Shown here: positions 55,778 to 64,000 of the stretch, piece after piece
How positions within the stretch are numbered: the stretch's first letter is position 1
Layout of the letters: each line of letters starts with the position of its first letter
From: a virus
Taxonomy: Duplodnaviria; Heunggongvirae; Uroviricota; Caudoviricetes
DNA length: 64,000 bases
Strand: one strand, 5' to 3'
IMG/VR virus record: IMGVR_UViG_3300026088_000011
Made by a program: the position numbers and the translations under genes
Notes under the pieces: generated by a model
What the model was told of the DNA's origin: nothing
Database searches by the model: none
Seen by the model: only the letters and a program-made list of their open reading frames with translations

Positions 55778-55850
55778 ACTTCAGTAGCTCAGAGATAGCA
55801 GCAACTCCCTTACATGGAGAAGGTCAATGGTTTGATCCCATTCTGAAGTA
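55778..55850 (+). tRNA. tRNA-Val (anticodon TAC)
   Basis: Acceptor ACTTCAG/CTGAAGT, anticodon stem (A)CTCC/GGAG(A) with loop CTTACAT, T-arm AATGG-tttgatc-CCATT. Confidence 0.6.
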
Positions 55851-55854
55851 CAAT

Positions 55855-55926
55855 GCAGAACAGGTGTTGTTGAAGGCACTCCTGACTTCCAATCAGGGTG
55901 GTTGGGTTTGAACCCCAAGTTCTGCA
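55855..55926 (+). tRNA. tRNA-Gly (anticodon TCC)
   Basis: Acceptor GCAGAAC/GTTCTGC, D-stem GTGT/GCAC, anticodon stem CCTGA/TCAGG with loop CTTCCAA, T-arm TTGGG-tttgaac-CCCAA. Confidence 0.65.
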
Positions 55927-55953
55927 CTTTTGTCAAGTGTTTTTGAAAATAAT

Positions 55954-55990
55954 TTCTCCCTGATTACTAGCTAGTTAGGGAGTTTTTATT
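55954..55990 (+). terminator. Rho-independent terminator after tRNA-Gly
   Basis: TTCTCCCTgattactagctagttAGGGAGTTTTTATTTT. Confidence 0.5.
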
Positions 55991-56087
55991 TTAATCCCTA
56001 TTGCTTTATAATTAAATTCGTTATAACTTTGGGGATGGGTGGCAGGGTCTTGGAATATACCCTAGTTAGATATTCCAAATATAAAAC

Positions 56088-56158
56088 ATCAGGATGGTTG
56101 AGTGGTTAAACATAGATCTGCAAAATCTAGTACGTGAGTTCGAACCTCACTCCTGATT
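56088..56158 (+). tRNA. tRNA-Cys (anticodon GCA)
   Basis: Acceptor ATCAGGA/TCCTGAT, D-region GTTgagtggttaaAAC, anticodon stem TAGAT/ATCTA with loop CTGCAAA, T-arm GTGAG-TTCGAAC-CTCAC. Confidence 0.65.
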
Positions 56159-56335
56159 CTAAACCAATAACAATATGGGATATATAATAGGAATAATCTT
56201 CATTTTAGCTCTTTGTGCTCCTGATGATAGATATAAGAAAAAGGAAGAAAAGAAGAATTAAAGGATAATATAGCAATTATTTATAATTATTCTTGTTAGT
56301 TATGATAATTCCTTTTACATTTGTATTAATTACGT

Positions 56336-56695
56336 ATGGAAACCAAAGAACAGAAAGTCCTTTTACAAAGAATAAAGCTTACAGAGACACAATCTCTGAA
56401 CATAGCTCAGAAATATTATTCTCTTCTTTCAGCTATAGGAAACTCTCCTTTAACAGAAAGAGAGATTCAATTAGTAGCTTTTACAGCCATTAAGGGAAAC
56501 ATTTCTTATTCTTCTAATAGGGAAGAGTTTTGCATCTTGTATAAATCATCCTCCCCTACAATAAATAATATCATCTCCAAACTAAAGAAGATGAAAATTC
56601 TAGTAAAGGATGCAGGAAAGATAAAGGTTGATCCTAAGTACCTCTTGGATTTTAATAAAGATATTGTTCTACAAATCTCCCTATTACATGGATAA
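56336..56695 (+). CDS. hypothetical protein (first gene of the rightward late block)
   Basis: 119-aa ORF. Confidence 0.4.
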   Translation: METKEQKVLLQRIKLTETQSLNIAQKYYSLLSAIGNSPLTEREIQLVAFTAIKGNISYSSNREEFCILYKSSSPTINNIISKLKKMKILVKDAGKIKVDPKYLLDFNKDIVLQISLLHG

Positions 56696-57038
56696 ACCTC
56701 AATCAATGTCTGATAAGGACTATCTAATTAGAGTGATGAGTATTAAAACCAATACTCCTGTAGCTACAATAGATGCTGTTATCTCACATCAATTTGAGGC
56801 AGCCAATGAAGCTCTTAAAACCAATAATACAATAGAGCTTTCAGGATTTGGGAAGTTTGTCTTTAAATTAAAGAAAGCTCATAAGAAATTAGAAAGGAAT
56901 ATAGGTAAGAAGGAGTATTGGGAGAAAGCTCTGCAAGATAGTGCTCTAACAGACCAGAAGAGGCAATCTTACACAAATAAACTAAATAATACAATAAAAG
57001 AAATAGAAGTGTTGAAAACCAAATTGAAAGTAGAATGA
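56688..57038 (+). CDS. HU/IHF-like DNA-binding protein (start at the internal Met MDKPQ)
   Basis: ATIDAVISHQFEAANEALKTNNTIELSGFGKFVFKLKK parallels the HU core (...AA.E.....I...L..G..V.L.GFG.F.v). Confidence 0.4.
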   Translation: MDKPQSMSDKDYLIRVMSIKTNTPVATIDAVISHQFEAANEALKTNNTIELSGFGKFVFKLKKAHKKLERNIGKKEYWEKALQDSALTDQKRQSYTNKLNNTIKEIEVLKTKLKVE

Positions 57039-57358
57039 ATTTCTTAGAAATATTTGAAGGTTGGCGAAATCATCTTCTCCCTCCTGAAAGATTAAAGGAT
57101 TTAATTAAACAAACCAGTGAAGAAAGACTAGCTATATGTGTAAAATGTATAGCTTATGATGAAACAGGAGAAGGATGTGCAATGCCTCTATCTCAACCTT
57201 GCTGTAATAAACATGTAAAAGTGGAAGGAACTTTAGGATGTGGATGTCCTTTAAAAAGTAAAACTAAATGTCTTTCATGTAGCTGTCCTGCTGATAAATG
57301 GAAAGCCATTTCTACACCAGAACAAGAAGAAATAATAAACAGTAAATTAAACAATTGA
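57035..57358 (+). CDS. hypothetical Cys-rich protein
   Basis: 107 aa with 13 Cys (CVKCIAYDETGEGCAMPLSQPCCNKHVKVEGTLGCGCPLKSKTKCLSCSCP). Confidence 0.4.
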   Translation: MNFLEIFEGWRNHLLPPERLKDLIKQTSEERLAICVKCIAYDETGEGCAMPLSQPCCNKHVKVEGTLGCGCPLKSKTKCLSCSCPADKWKAISTPEQEEIINSKLNN

Positions 57359-57362
57359 ATAT

Positions 57363-57641
57363 ATGGAGCCTAGAGATTATAAGATGATCAATATCGAAGC
57401 TATGATGGAAGTATTGAATATGCTTTGGAATAAAGGAGTGGACTACGTTGATATATCTGGAAAACAAGGAGAAGATCAAGATGAAATATGCTTCTCCTTT
57501 TGTAGGGAATATATGGATGAGGAATATAAAGATACATTTGAAGACGGATTTATACAAGAAGAAGAGAATGAAATCATCTCAAAACCCACTCAACAAATAA
57601 AGGTGAAATTAACAGATAAAGACATAGACGAATTAATTTAA
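57363..57641 (+). CDS. hypothetical acidic protein
   Basis: 92-aa ORF. Confidence 0.35.
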   Translation: MEPRDYKMINIEAMMEVLNMLWNKGVDYVDISGKQGEDQDEICFSFCREYMDEEYKDTFEDGFIQEEENEIISKPTQQIKVKLTDKDIDELI

Positions 57642-57647
57642 ATAGAT

Positions 57648-57953
57648 ATGGGAAGGAAACCAAACCACTACAACCATGTAATCCAAGTTCTACAAGAACT
57701 TCACAAACTATACCCCTCATATACAATGAGTATGCATTTAGCCACTGCTCTAGACGGATACAGAGACATATGGGGAATTACAGACAAAGAACTCCTATTC
57801 GCTTTAGAGAAATATAAAGCTCAATTGGAAATGGAACCTCCTCACACAGAAGGAGATGAACTAGAAGGTATAATTAAAGAAGGAATGAATCTATCCTTAT
57901 CTAGTATCTTAGGAGCAGATGATGAGGATATTAGAGAACAAGAAGATTACTAA
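57648..57953 (+). CDS. hypothetical protein
   Basis: 101-aa ORF. Confidence 0.35.
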   Translation: MGRKPNHYNHVIQVLQELHKLYPSYTMSMHLATALDGYRDIWGITDKELLFALEKYKAQLEMEPPHTEGDELEGIIKEGMNLSLSSILGADDEDIREQEDY

Positions 57954-58282
57954 TGGCTAAGAAAGCAAATAACTACATTACTACAGAACTTGATTGGGCT
58001 GAACAACAACTTAAGTCTTGGAAAGCTTATGTAGATGCTAATCCATTACATGAGTTAAAAGATAGAATTGAATGGAAACCTACGAGTAAAGGAGGACTAC
58101 TCCCTATGGTTATTGCCTCAATTGAAGCTCAAGGTAAGTTCATTCAAGACACTATGAAGAACTATCTAGCTTTATTAGAAGTAGTAAATAATCTTAGAGA
58201 AAGAGAAGAAGCAAAGGTGGAAATTAGAGGAAAAGGAGAGCTTTCTGTTATGGCTTCAAATTTCCTTAAAGATAGAAAATGA
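57953..58282 (+). CDS. hypothetical protein; small terminase subunit suspected from position only
   Basis: 109-aa ORF immediately upstream of the putative large terminase, overlapping stop/start. Confidence 0.25.
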   Translation: MAKKANNYITTELDWAEQQLKSWKAYVDANPLHELKDRIEWKPTSKGGLLPMVIASIEAQGKFIQDTMKNYLALLEVVNNLREREEAKVEIRGKGELSVMASNFLKDRK

Positions 58283-60306
58283 CAAACGAAGTAAAATCTA
58301 TAGATTATAAAGATTGGTTTATTAACCAAAAACGTATTCCAGATAAAGGATCTATAGAACATGAGGAGTTCTTTAATTTTCATAAGGAACTATGTTTAAA
58401 TGGATGTATGATAGGAGGGGTTTATTTTAACCCCTTTTTGTATTGGCATTTAAATATATGGCACACAGAAGTAGACATAATTGACTCCAAAGGAAGAATA
58501 TCTCAAAAGTATTCCAACCCCTATCTCAGGGATAATGAATGGATAGTTACAGAAGCTATTGAAAAAGCTCACGAAGAAAAGAAAGGATTGGCAATAGGAG
58601 GGATAAGACGTTTAGCTAAATCAGTAATAGAAGCTTCTTATATAGGATGGGGGGCAACATTTGATGAAAATTCTCAGAATGTTATTTCAGGATTAAATTC
58701 TCCTGATATAAAACTAGTGACAGATAAGATAGACAAGGGTTTAAACTTTATACCTGAAGCTTGGAGGTGGCAGAGAATTGAGGATAATTGGAAGAACCAA
58801 GTAACTCTAGGAGTTAAAACTAAAAGTGGAGAAAGAATCCCCTTCTCAGCTATCCTTATAAGGAACTTAGATGAGGGTAATAATGAAGAAGCTATTGCTG
58901 GTACAAAGCCTAGGAAACTAATTATAGATGAAGGAGGAAAAGGTAGTTTCCTAAGAGGTTTACAAGCTGCTATTCCAGGATTTACTACACCTTATGGATG
59001 GGGATGTTCTCCTATAGTAACGTTCACAGGTGGAGATATGACTAAATTTGCAGATGCTAAACTCCTAATGTTTGATGTAGAAGCATTTAACTTCCTATCT
59101 TATAATAATACAGAAGATACTAAAAGAGTACATGGACTATTCTTAGGTCACAAATATAGAATGGAGGCTAAACGACCTTCTAATCTAGCTGACTATTTAC
59201 AAATTGATTCTCCAGAACTTAAGAAAATAGAGATGTTAGTTAGTGATGAGGAGATAGCTAACAAAATAACAGATGATAATCTAGCTAGATCTAAGAAAGC
59301 AGGAGACAGAATAGCATATCTTAAGGAAAAAATGTACTATCCTAAAACAGTGGATGATATATTCCTTAATGAGAATACCAATATATTTGATATAGAAGCT
59401 GCTAGAAGACAAAAAGCAAGGCTCCTATCAAGAGGATTCACAGGAACCCCTGTAATTTTACATATGGGAGAAAATGGTATATATCATGAATTCACAGACA
59501 AAAGACCTATAACTAATTTTCCACTAAAATCTACAGATGACAAAGATGCTCCAGTAGTAATTATAGAATTTCCAATGACTAACCCTCCCTATGGATTATA
59601 TACAGGAGGAGGTGACCCATATAGACAAGGTAAGGCTATATACAGTACATCTCTTGGAGCTATATACATATATAAAAGAATGCATAATATTCTTACTGAT
59701 AAATATCAAGAAATGCTTGTAGCATATTATGTAGCTAGACCTGATAAAAAAGAAAAATGGGAGGAGCAAGCTAGACTACTTATTAAATATTACAATGCAA
59801 GAGCCTTAATAGAAAATGATGAGATCTCTTTCATAGATCATATGAAAGCCAAAGGAGATGCTAATTATTTAGAACCTCAACCTCAATGGTTAAGAAGAGT
59901 TATACCAAATACTTCTCAAAATAGAGATTATGGTTTATCAAGATCTTCAGATAAAATAATTGATTTTCTTCATGGAAATCTTAAAAAATATACAGAAGAA
60001 ATAATACATTCTGAAAAAGATGAACATGGTAATACAATAAAAGAAATCACAGGAATGTCTAGAATTCTAGATCCTATGCTTTTAGAAGAAATGATTCAAT
60101 ACAATGAAGATGGTAACTTTGATAGAATTGTAGCAGCAGAACTAGCCATCACTCAAGCAATTGAAATGGACCCTATATACGGAAAAGCAACACAAGAGAA
60201 TGAAAGAGCTAAATCCTTATATCAAGGAAATAAAGCAAAACCAACACTATTTGGGGAAACTCCATCCCTATTCAATAAAAAAAGAACACGTAAATTATTT
60301 GCATAA
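58279..60306 (+). CDS. Putative terminase large subunit
   Basis: 675 aa; Walker-A-like LAIGGIRRLAKSV, Walker-B-like KLIIDEGGK about 110 aa later, acidic residues in the C-terminal half consistent with an RNase-H-like nuclease; directly precedes the putative portal gene. Confidence 0.5.
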   Translation: MTNEVKSIDYKDWFINQKRIPDKGSIEHEEFFNFHKELCLNGCMIGGVYFNPFLYWHLNIWHTEVDIIDSKGRISQKYSNPYLRDNEWIVTEAIEKAHEEKKGLAIGGIRRLAKSVIEASYIGWGATFDENSQNVISGLNSPDIKLVTDKIDKGLNFIPEAWRWQRIEDNWKNQVTLGVKTKSGERIPFSAILIRNLDEGNNEEAIAGTKPRKLIIDEGGKGSFLRGLQAAIPGFTTPYGWGCSPIVTFTGGDMTKFADAKLLMFDVEAFNFLSYNNTEDTKRVHGLFLGHKYRMEAKRPSNLADYLQIDSPELKKIEMLVSDEEIANKITDDNLARSKKAGDRIAYLKEKMYYPKTVDDIFLNENTNIFDIEAARRQKARLLSRGFTGTPVILHMGENGIYHEFTDKRPITNFPLKSTDDKDAPVVIIEFPMTNPPYGLYTGGGDPYRQGKAIYSTSLGAIYIYKRMHNILTDKYQEMLVAYYVARPDKKEKWEEQARLLIKYYNARALIENDEISFIDHMKAKGDANYLEPQPQWLRRVIPNTSQNRDYGLSRSSDKIIDFLHGNLKKYTEEIIHSEKDEHGNTIKEITGMSRILDPMLLEEMIQYNEDGNFDRIVAAELAITQAIEMDPIYGKATQENERAKSLYQGNKAKPTLFGETPSLFNKKRTRKLFA

Positions 60307-62897
60307 TGGCAATTATTAGATATACAAAGGACGCAACAATTAGATATGCCTATCTAAACATCTTTCCTGATCAGTTTAAAACTGAAGAAGAAAAGAAAGA
60401 CGATAGTTGGATAAAGAATACAATGGACTACTTTGCTAATAAGGCATATGTAGAGTACAAGAAAAATAGAGAAACCTTTGTTAAAAACTATGATTTGGTT
60501 AAAGGTATTCTTAGACATGAGGATTTCTATGAAAATCAAGAAGTAAGTTCCTTTACAGAAACCCTAACAAGAGATTTAGACCTACCTGCTTATGTAAAGC
60601 ATTATTCTATTCTAACCACTCCTATAAATGAACTTGTAGGAGAACTTTCTAAAAGACCAGACGGATATAAAGTGAAAGCTTTTGACGATGATAGTAAGGC
60701 TGAAGAGTTAGAATTTAAAACTCAAATACTTCAACAGTTTATCATCTCTCAAGCAAAAGAAAGAATTCAAGCTAATTTAGCTCTTCAAGGAGAAGAGGTT
60801 GATGATGAAGAACTTCAACAAATGACACTAGATGATGTTAAGGATGAGCTGGATAGTTATACTTCAATGGCTGAAAAATGGGGAAATCATGTACTTACCT
60901 GCGCTAAAGCTGATTTCAATGTAAAGGAATTAAGCGAGGATGCTTTTAGAGATATGCAAATTTCTGCTAGAGAATACTATCATATTTACGAAGATAACTC
61001 TAAAACAGGATTTAATATAGAAGTGTTTAATCCCAAGAATGTATGGTATTTAACCACTCCTGATAGAAAATATGTATCAGATCCTTCTGGTAGAACCAGA
61101 GGAGCATATGCTGCTGGAGGAGTACATGTCATGGAAATATCTGAAATTATAGAAACCTTCCCAGATATTACTAAAGATGAAATAGACCACCTTAGATCTT
61201 CTCTTCAAGACTATGGTCTTATTAATGTTAGAGAATCTAATTTAGGAGCAGATGTTACTCCAGGTATAGATAGTATAAAGTATGACACCTTTGATCCGGC
61301 TATTCTTCAAGAAAGAATGATGATAGAGGGAGAAATGAAGGAAAATAATGATAGTTTAAAGGATTTTCTAGGCCTTACTTCTAATGTTTCTTCATTTGGT
61401 TATAAGTATGTAGTGGTTAGAGCTTATTGGTTGTCTAAAAGGAAGATAGGAAAGGTGGTGTATGAGGACGAATTAGGTAATGAACAATCTATCCTTGTAG
61501 ATGAAAATTATAAGAAGGGTACCATTCCTACAGAGATTTCGGTAGAATGGGGATGGACTAATCAATGGTATCAAGGAGTTAAGATTGGGCCAGATATTTA
61601 TCATATTAAACCTTACAAACTATTAGACTATTGTCCTATTATAGGACTTATTTACGAAGTAAAAAACACTGAAGCTAAGTCTACAGTGGATATGATGAAA
61701 CCTTTCCAGGTAATATACAATGTCTGTATGAATCAGATGTTTGAGCTATTAAAGAAGGAAATAGGTAATGTTGCCTCTGTAAACATTAGAAGAGTTCCTA
61801 GAATTAAAGATGGAGATGCTCAAGATGATATTGATTTGTGGGAACAAGAAGCTAGAACTAGAGGTATAATGTTCGATGACGATAGTCCTGAGAATACTAA
61901 AGCTCCAGTAACTAATACATCTATTGCTAAAAATGTAGACCTCACCAGAACTAATGAAATACAGGCTAGATACAATCTAGCTGTACAAATGAAGAACGAA
62001 TGTTGGGAACTCATAGGAATGTCTAAACAAAGACTTGGTTCTATATCTGCCTCAGAGTCAGCAACAGGAACCCAAGCTGCTATAACACAGTCCTATTCTC
62101 AGACAGAACCTCAATTTGTAGCTCATGAGTATATATTAGGTCAATTATATCAGGCCATTATAGATGGATCTTTATATGTGGAGTCTCAGAAACCACAATC
62201 CACCCTATCTTATATTACTAATAAAGGAGAATCTGCATTTGTACAAGTAAATGGAACAGATTTAAAATCAAGAGACTTAAAGGTATTTCCTACTAACAGA
62301 CCGGAAGACAAGGAAATGTTTAAAGAACTTAGAGGTCTTGCTCACCCCGCTATGCAAAATGGAGCTACATTATATGATATTGTAGAATTATATTCTACAG
62401 ATTCTGTGCGTCAAATGAAGAAAACTTTTAAAACTCTTAAAGAAAGACAAGAAGAGCTTCAGAACCAACAAATGCAACAAAAACAGCAAGAATTGCAACA
62501 AGAACAAGGAATTTCTCAAGCTCAATTACAGCAAGCTAAACAAATGCATGATGAACAAGTTGCTCATGATGATTATCAGAAACAACTGGATAGAGAATCT
62601 AAGGAGAAAATTGCCATCATCCAAGCCACAGGTTTCGGAAAGGTGGAGTCTGAAGATTTGAATCAAAATGAAATACCAGATGTTTTAGAGGCTTCCAGGT
62701 TAGTACATGATCAGGAAAATGCTGTAAGAGACTACAATTTAAAGCTTACGGATATGGCTTCTAAGAACAAGCAGTCTTCTGAAAAGACAGCTTTAGAAAA
62801 GGAGAAGATTAAGGTGGAAAGAGAAAATCAAGCCAATGATTTAGCTATTGCAAAAATAAATGCCAAAAATAGGAAATCTCAAAATAAGAAAAAATAA
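60306..62897 (+). CDS. Putative portal protein
   Basis: 863 aa, immediately downstream of the putative terminase (ATG overlaps its stop), Q/E-rich coiled-coil C-terminus; size and position only, no motif confirmed. Confidence 0.4.
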   Translation: MAIIRYTKDATIRYAYLNIFPDQFKTEEEKKDDSWIKNTMDYFANKAYVEYKKNRETFVKNYDLVKGILRHEDFYENQEVSSFTETLTRDLDLPAYVKHYSILTTPINELVGELSKRPDGYKVKAFDDDSKAEELEFKTQILQQFIISQAKERIQANLALQGEEVDDEELQQMTLDDVKDELDSYTSMAEKWGNHVLTCAKADFNVKELSEDAFRDMQISAREYYHIYEDNSKTGFNIEVFNPKNVWYLTTPDRKYVSDPSGRTRGAYAAGGVHVMEISEIIETFPDITKDEIDHLRSSLQDYGLINVRESNLGADVTPGIDSIKYDTFDPAILQERMMIEGEMKENNDSLKDFLGLTSNVSSFGYKYVVVRAYWLSKRKIGKVVYEDELGNEQSILVDENYKKGTIPTEISVEWGWTNQWYQGVKIGPDIYHIKPYKLLDYCPIIGLIYEVKNTEAKSTVDMMKPFQVIYNVCMNQMFELLKKEIGNVASVNIRRVPRIKDGDAQDDIDLWEQEARTRGIMFDDDSPENTKAPVTNTSIAKNVDLTRTNEIQARYNLAVQMKNECWELIGMSKQRLGSISASESATGTQAAITQSYSQTEPQFVAHEYILGQLYQAIIDGSLYVESQKPQSTLSYITNKGESAFVQVNGTDLKSRDLKVFPTNRPEDKEMFKELRGLAHPAMQNGATLYDIVELYSTDSVRQMKKTFKTLKERQEELQNQQMQQKQQELQQEQGISQAQLQQAKQMHDEQVAHDDYQKQLDRESKEKIAIIQATGFGKVESEDLNQNEIPDVLEASRLVHDQENAVRDYNLKLTDMASKNKQSSEKTALEKEKIKVERENQANDLAIAKINAKNRKSQNKKK

Positions 62898-63574
62898 TGA
62901 GAAAAGGCAAGATATATTGTTTAATTTGTCCCAAAACTGGAAAAATAAGATATATAGGACAAACCAAACAAAAAGGAAATAAGAGATTTCATCAACACAA
63001 GTACCAATGGAGTAGATCTAATGGTCAACTATCTTATGTAAATGCTTGGATAAAAGGATTATATAACGATAATTTATTGCCAATATTTGAAATAATAGAA
63101 GATAATATATCTGAAGAACTATTAAACGAAAAGGAAATAAATTATATAAAATTATTTAAATCATCTGGGGCAATATTAGTAAATATAGAAGCGGGAGGAG
63201 GAACTTATAAAAATTTTACACAAAGAGAGGATTCTAAAATAAAGAGATTAAACACCTTAAAATCTTCAAAAAAGTGGAAAATTAGATCAGAAAGACATTC
63301 TCAAATAATGAAAGATAAACACAAAGATGGAGTTTCTAAGATAGGATTTAAATATTTTTCTAATGAAAAATTAAGAGAAATGAATCAAATATCCTCTATT
63401 TCAAGACAAAAGAAAGTGAAAGGAATTGATTTAAATGGAGAAAGTTTAGAATTTCCTTCTATTAGAGAAGCTGCAAAGTTTTATAATATAAAAGATTCAA
63501 CTCATATAGTTCGAGTACTTAAAGGTAAATCCAAAAGCGGAATGACTCATAATATAAAATTTAGTTATTTATAG
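62897..63574 (+). CDS. GIY-YIG homing endonuclease
   Basis: KIYCLICPKTGKIRYIGQT (GIY...YIG), conserved Arg/His/Glu/Asn downstream (RFHQHK..., E, NIEAGGG). Confidence 0.75.
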   Translation: MRKGKIYCLICPKTGKIRYIGQTKQKGNKRFHQHKYQWSRSNGQLSYVNAWIKGLYNDNLLPIFEIIEDNISEELLNEKEINYIKLFKSSGAILVNIEAGGGTYKNFTQREDSKIKRLNTLKSSKKWKIRSERHSQIMKDKHKDGVSKIGFKYFSNEKLREMNQISSISRQKKVKGIDLNGESLEFPSIREAAKFYNIKDSTHIVRVLKGKSKSGMTHNIKFSYL

Positions 63575-63585
63575 ACAAAATTCTT

Positions 63586-63999
63586 ATGAAACCAATTCTT
63601 CTACAGAAATCTAGACTTCCTGTATTTAAAGCCACTATATGGATAGTTATAGGGAATGATGTAGAGAAATCGATTGATTATATAGAAGACGAAACTTCAG
63701 AAGTAATAGCTAAACAGAAGGATAAGAAATATATTAGAGCATACACATATGCTTATGAATCTCCAGATAACAAACGAAAGTACATGTTGTTTTTTAAATA
63801 TACAGCAAAACCTGGAGAAATAGCACATGAAGTAAAGCATCTAATAAATATATTATTTAGCTGGCATGGATATAAACTATCTATAACAAATGATGAAATG
63901 GAATGCTATTATTTGGAGGATATTGTGGACAAAGTTCATTCAGCCCTCACAAGGTATAAAAAACTTTACAAGACAGATAAACAAAAATGTTTAGAGTGA
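63586..63999 (+). CDS. hypothetical protein
   Basis: 137-aa ORF ending at the TGA at 63997-63999. Confidence 0.4.
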   Translation: MKPILLQKSRLPVFKATIWIVIGNDVEKSIDYIEDETSEVIAKQKDKKYIRAYTYAYESPDNKRKYMLFFKYTAKPGEIAHEVKHLINILFSWHGYKLSITNDEMECYYLEDIVDKVHSALTRYKKLYKTDKQKCLE

Positions 64000-64000
64000 A

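Noticed and set aside
53140-56158. The tRNA array as a prophage attachment or integration locus
   Set aside because: No integrase, recombinase or excisionase gene is recognisable anywhere in the window, and the array is flanked by phage genes on both sides.
58162-62014. Minus-strand ORFs 58162-58383, 60354-60539 and 61820-62014
   Set aside because: They are antisense to the large plus-strand putative terminase and portal genes.
1-64000. CRISPR array, reverse transcriptase or retron/DGR, toxin-antitoxin pairs, rRNA
   Set aside because: No spacer-interspersed direct repeats, no RT motifs (YxDD), no rRNA-like GC-rich stretches. Small-gene pairs exist but none with recognisable toxin or antitoxin motifs.

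Overview
The window is AT-rich (about 28-30% GC) with very dense, mostly short, back-to-back ORFs, and it looks like part of a large tailed-phage genome. This is a tentative call; a crAss-like Bacteroidota-infecting phage is one possibility. The layout is as follows. 1-1.9 kb: a short rightward block whose first gene is a truncated sugar C-methyltransferase-like C-terminus. About 1.9 kb: a bidirectional terminator. 2.0-52.7 kb: a roughly 50 kb leftward block. It carries two glycosyltransferases, GroES, a MazG-like NTP pyrophosphohydrolase, RecA, a class II ribonucleotide reductase and a divergent family-1 UDG homolog. It also carries a DnaG-like primase, a vWA-domain protein, an SF2 helicase, a DnaB-like ATPase, a family B DNA polymerase and a GH108 endolysin. 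The rest is a 1003-aa repeat-containing protein, several homing endonucleases and many small membrane proteins and lipoproteins. 53.1-56.2 kb: a plus-strand tRNA array of about 22-24 genes whose anticodons cover all 20 amino acids, interrupted by an HNH endonuclease gene. 56.3-64.0 kb: a rightward late module with an HU-like protein, a putative large terminase, a putative portal and a GIY-YIG endonuclease. I saw no CRISPR array, integrase, reverse transcriptase or rRNA. Every call rests on reading motifs by eye and hand-folding tRNAs; nothing was searched against a database.
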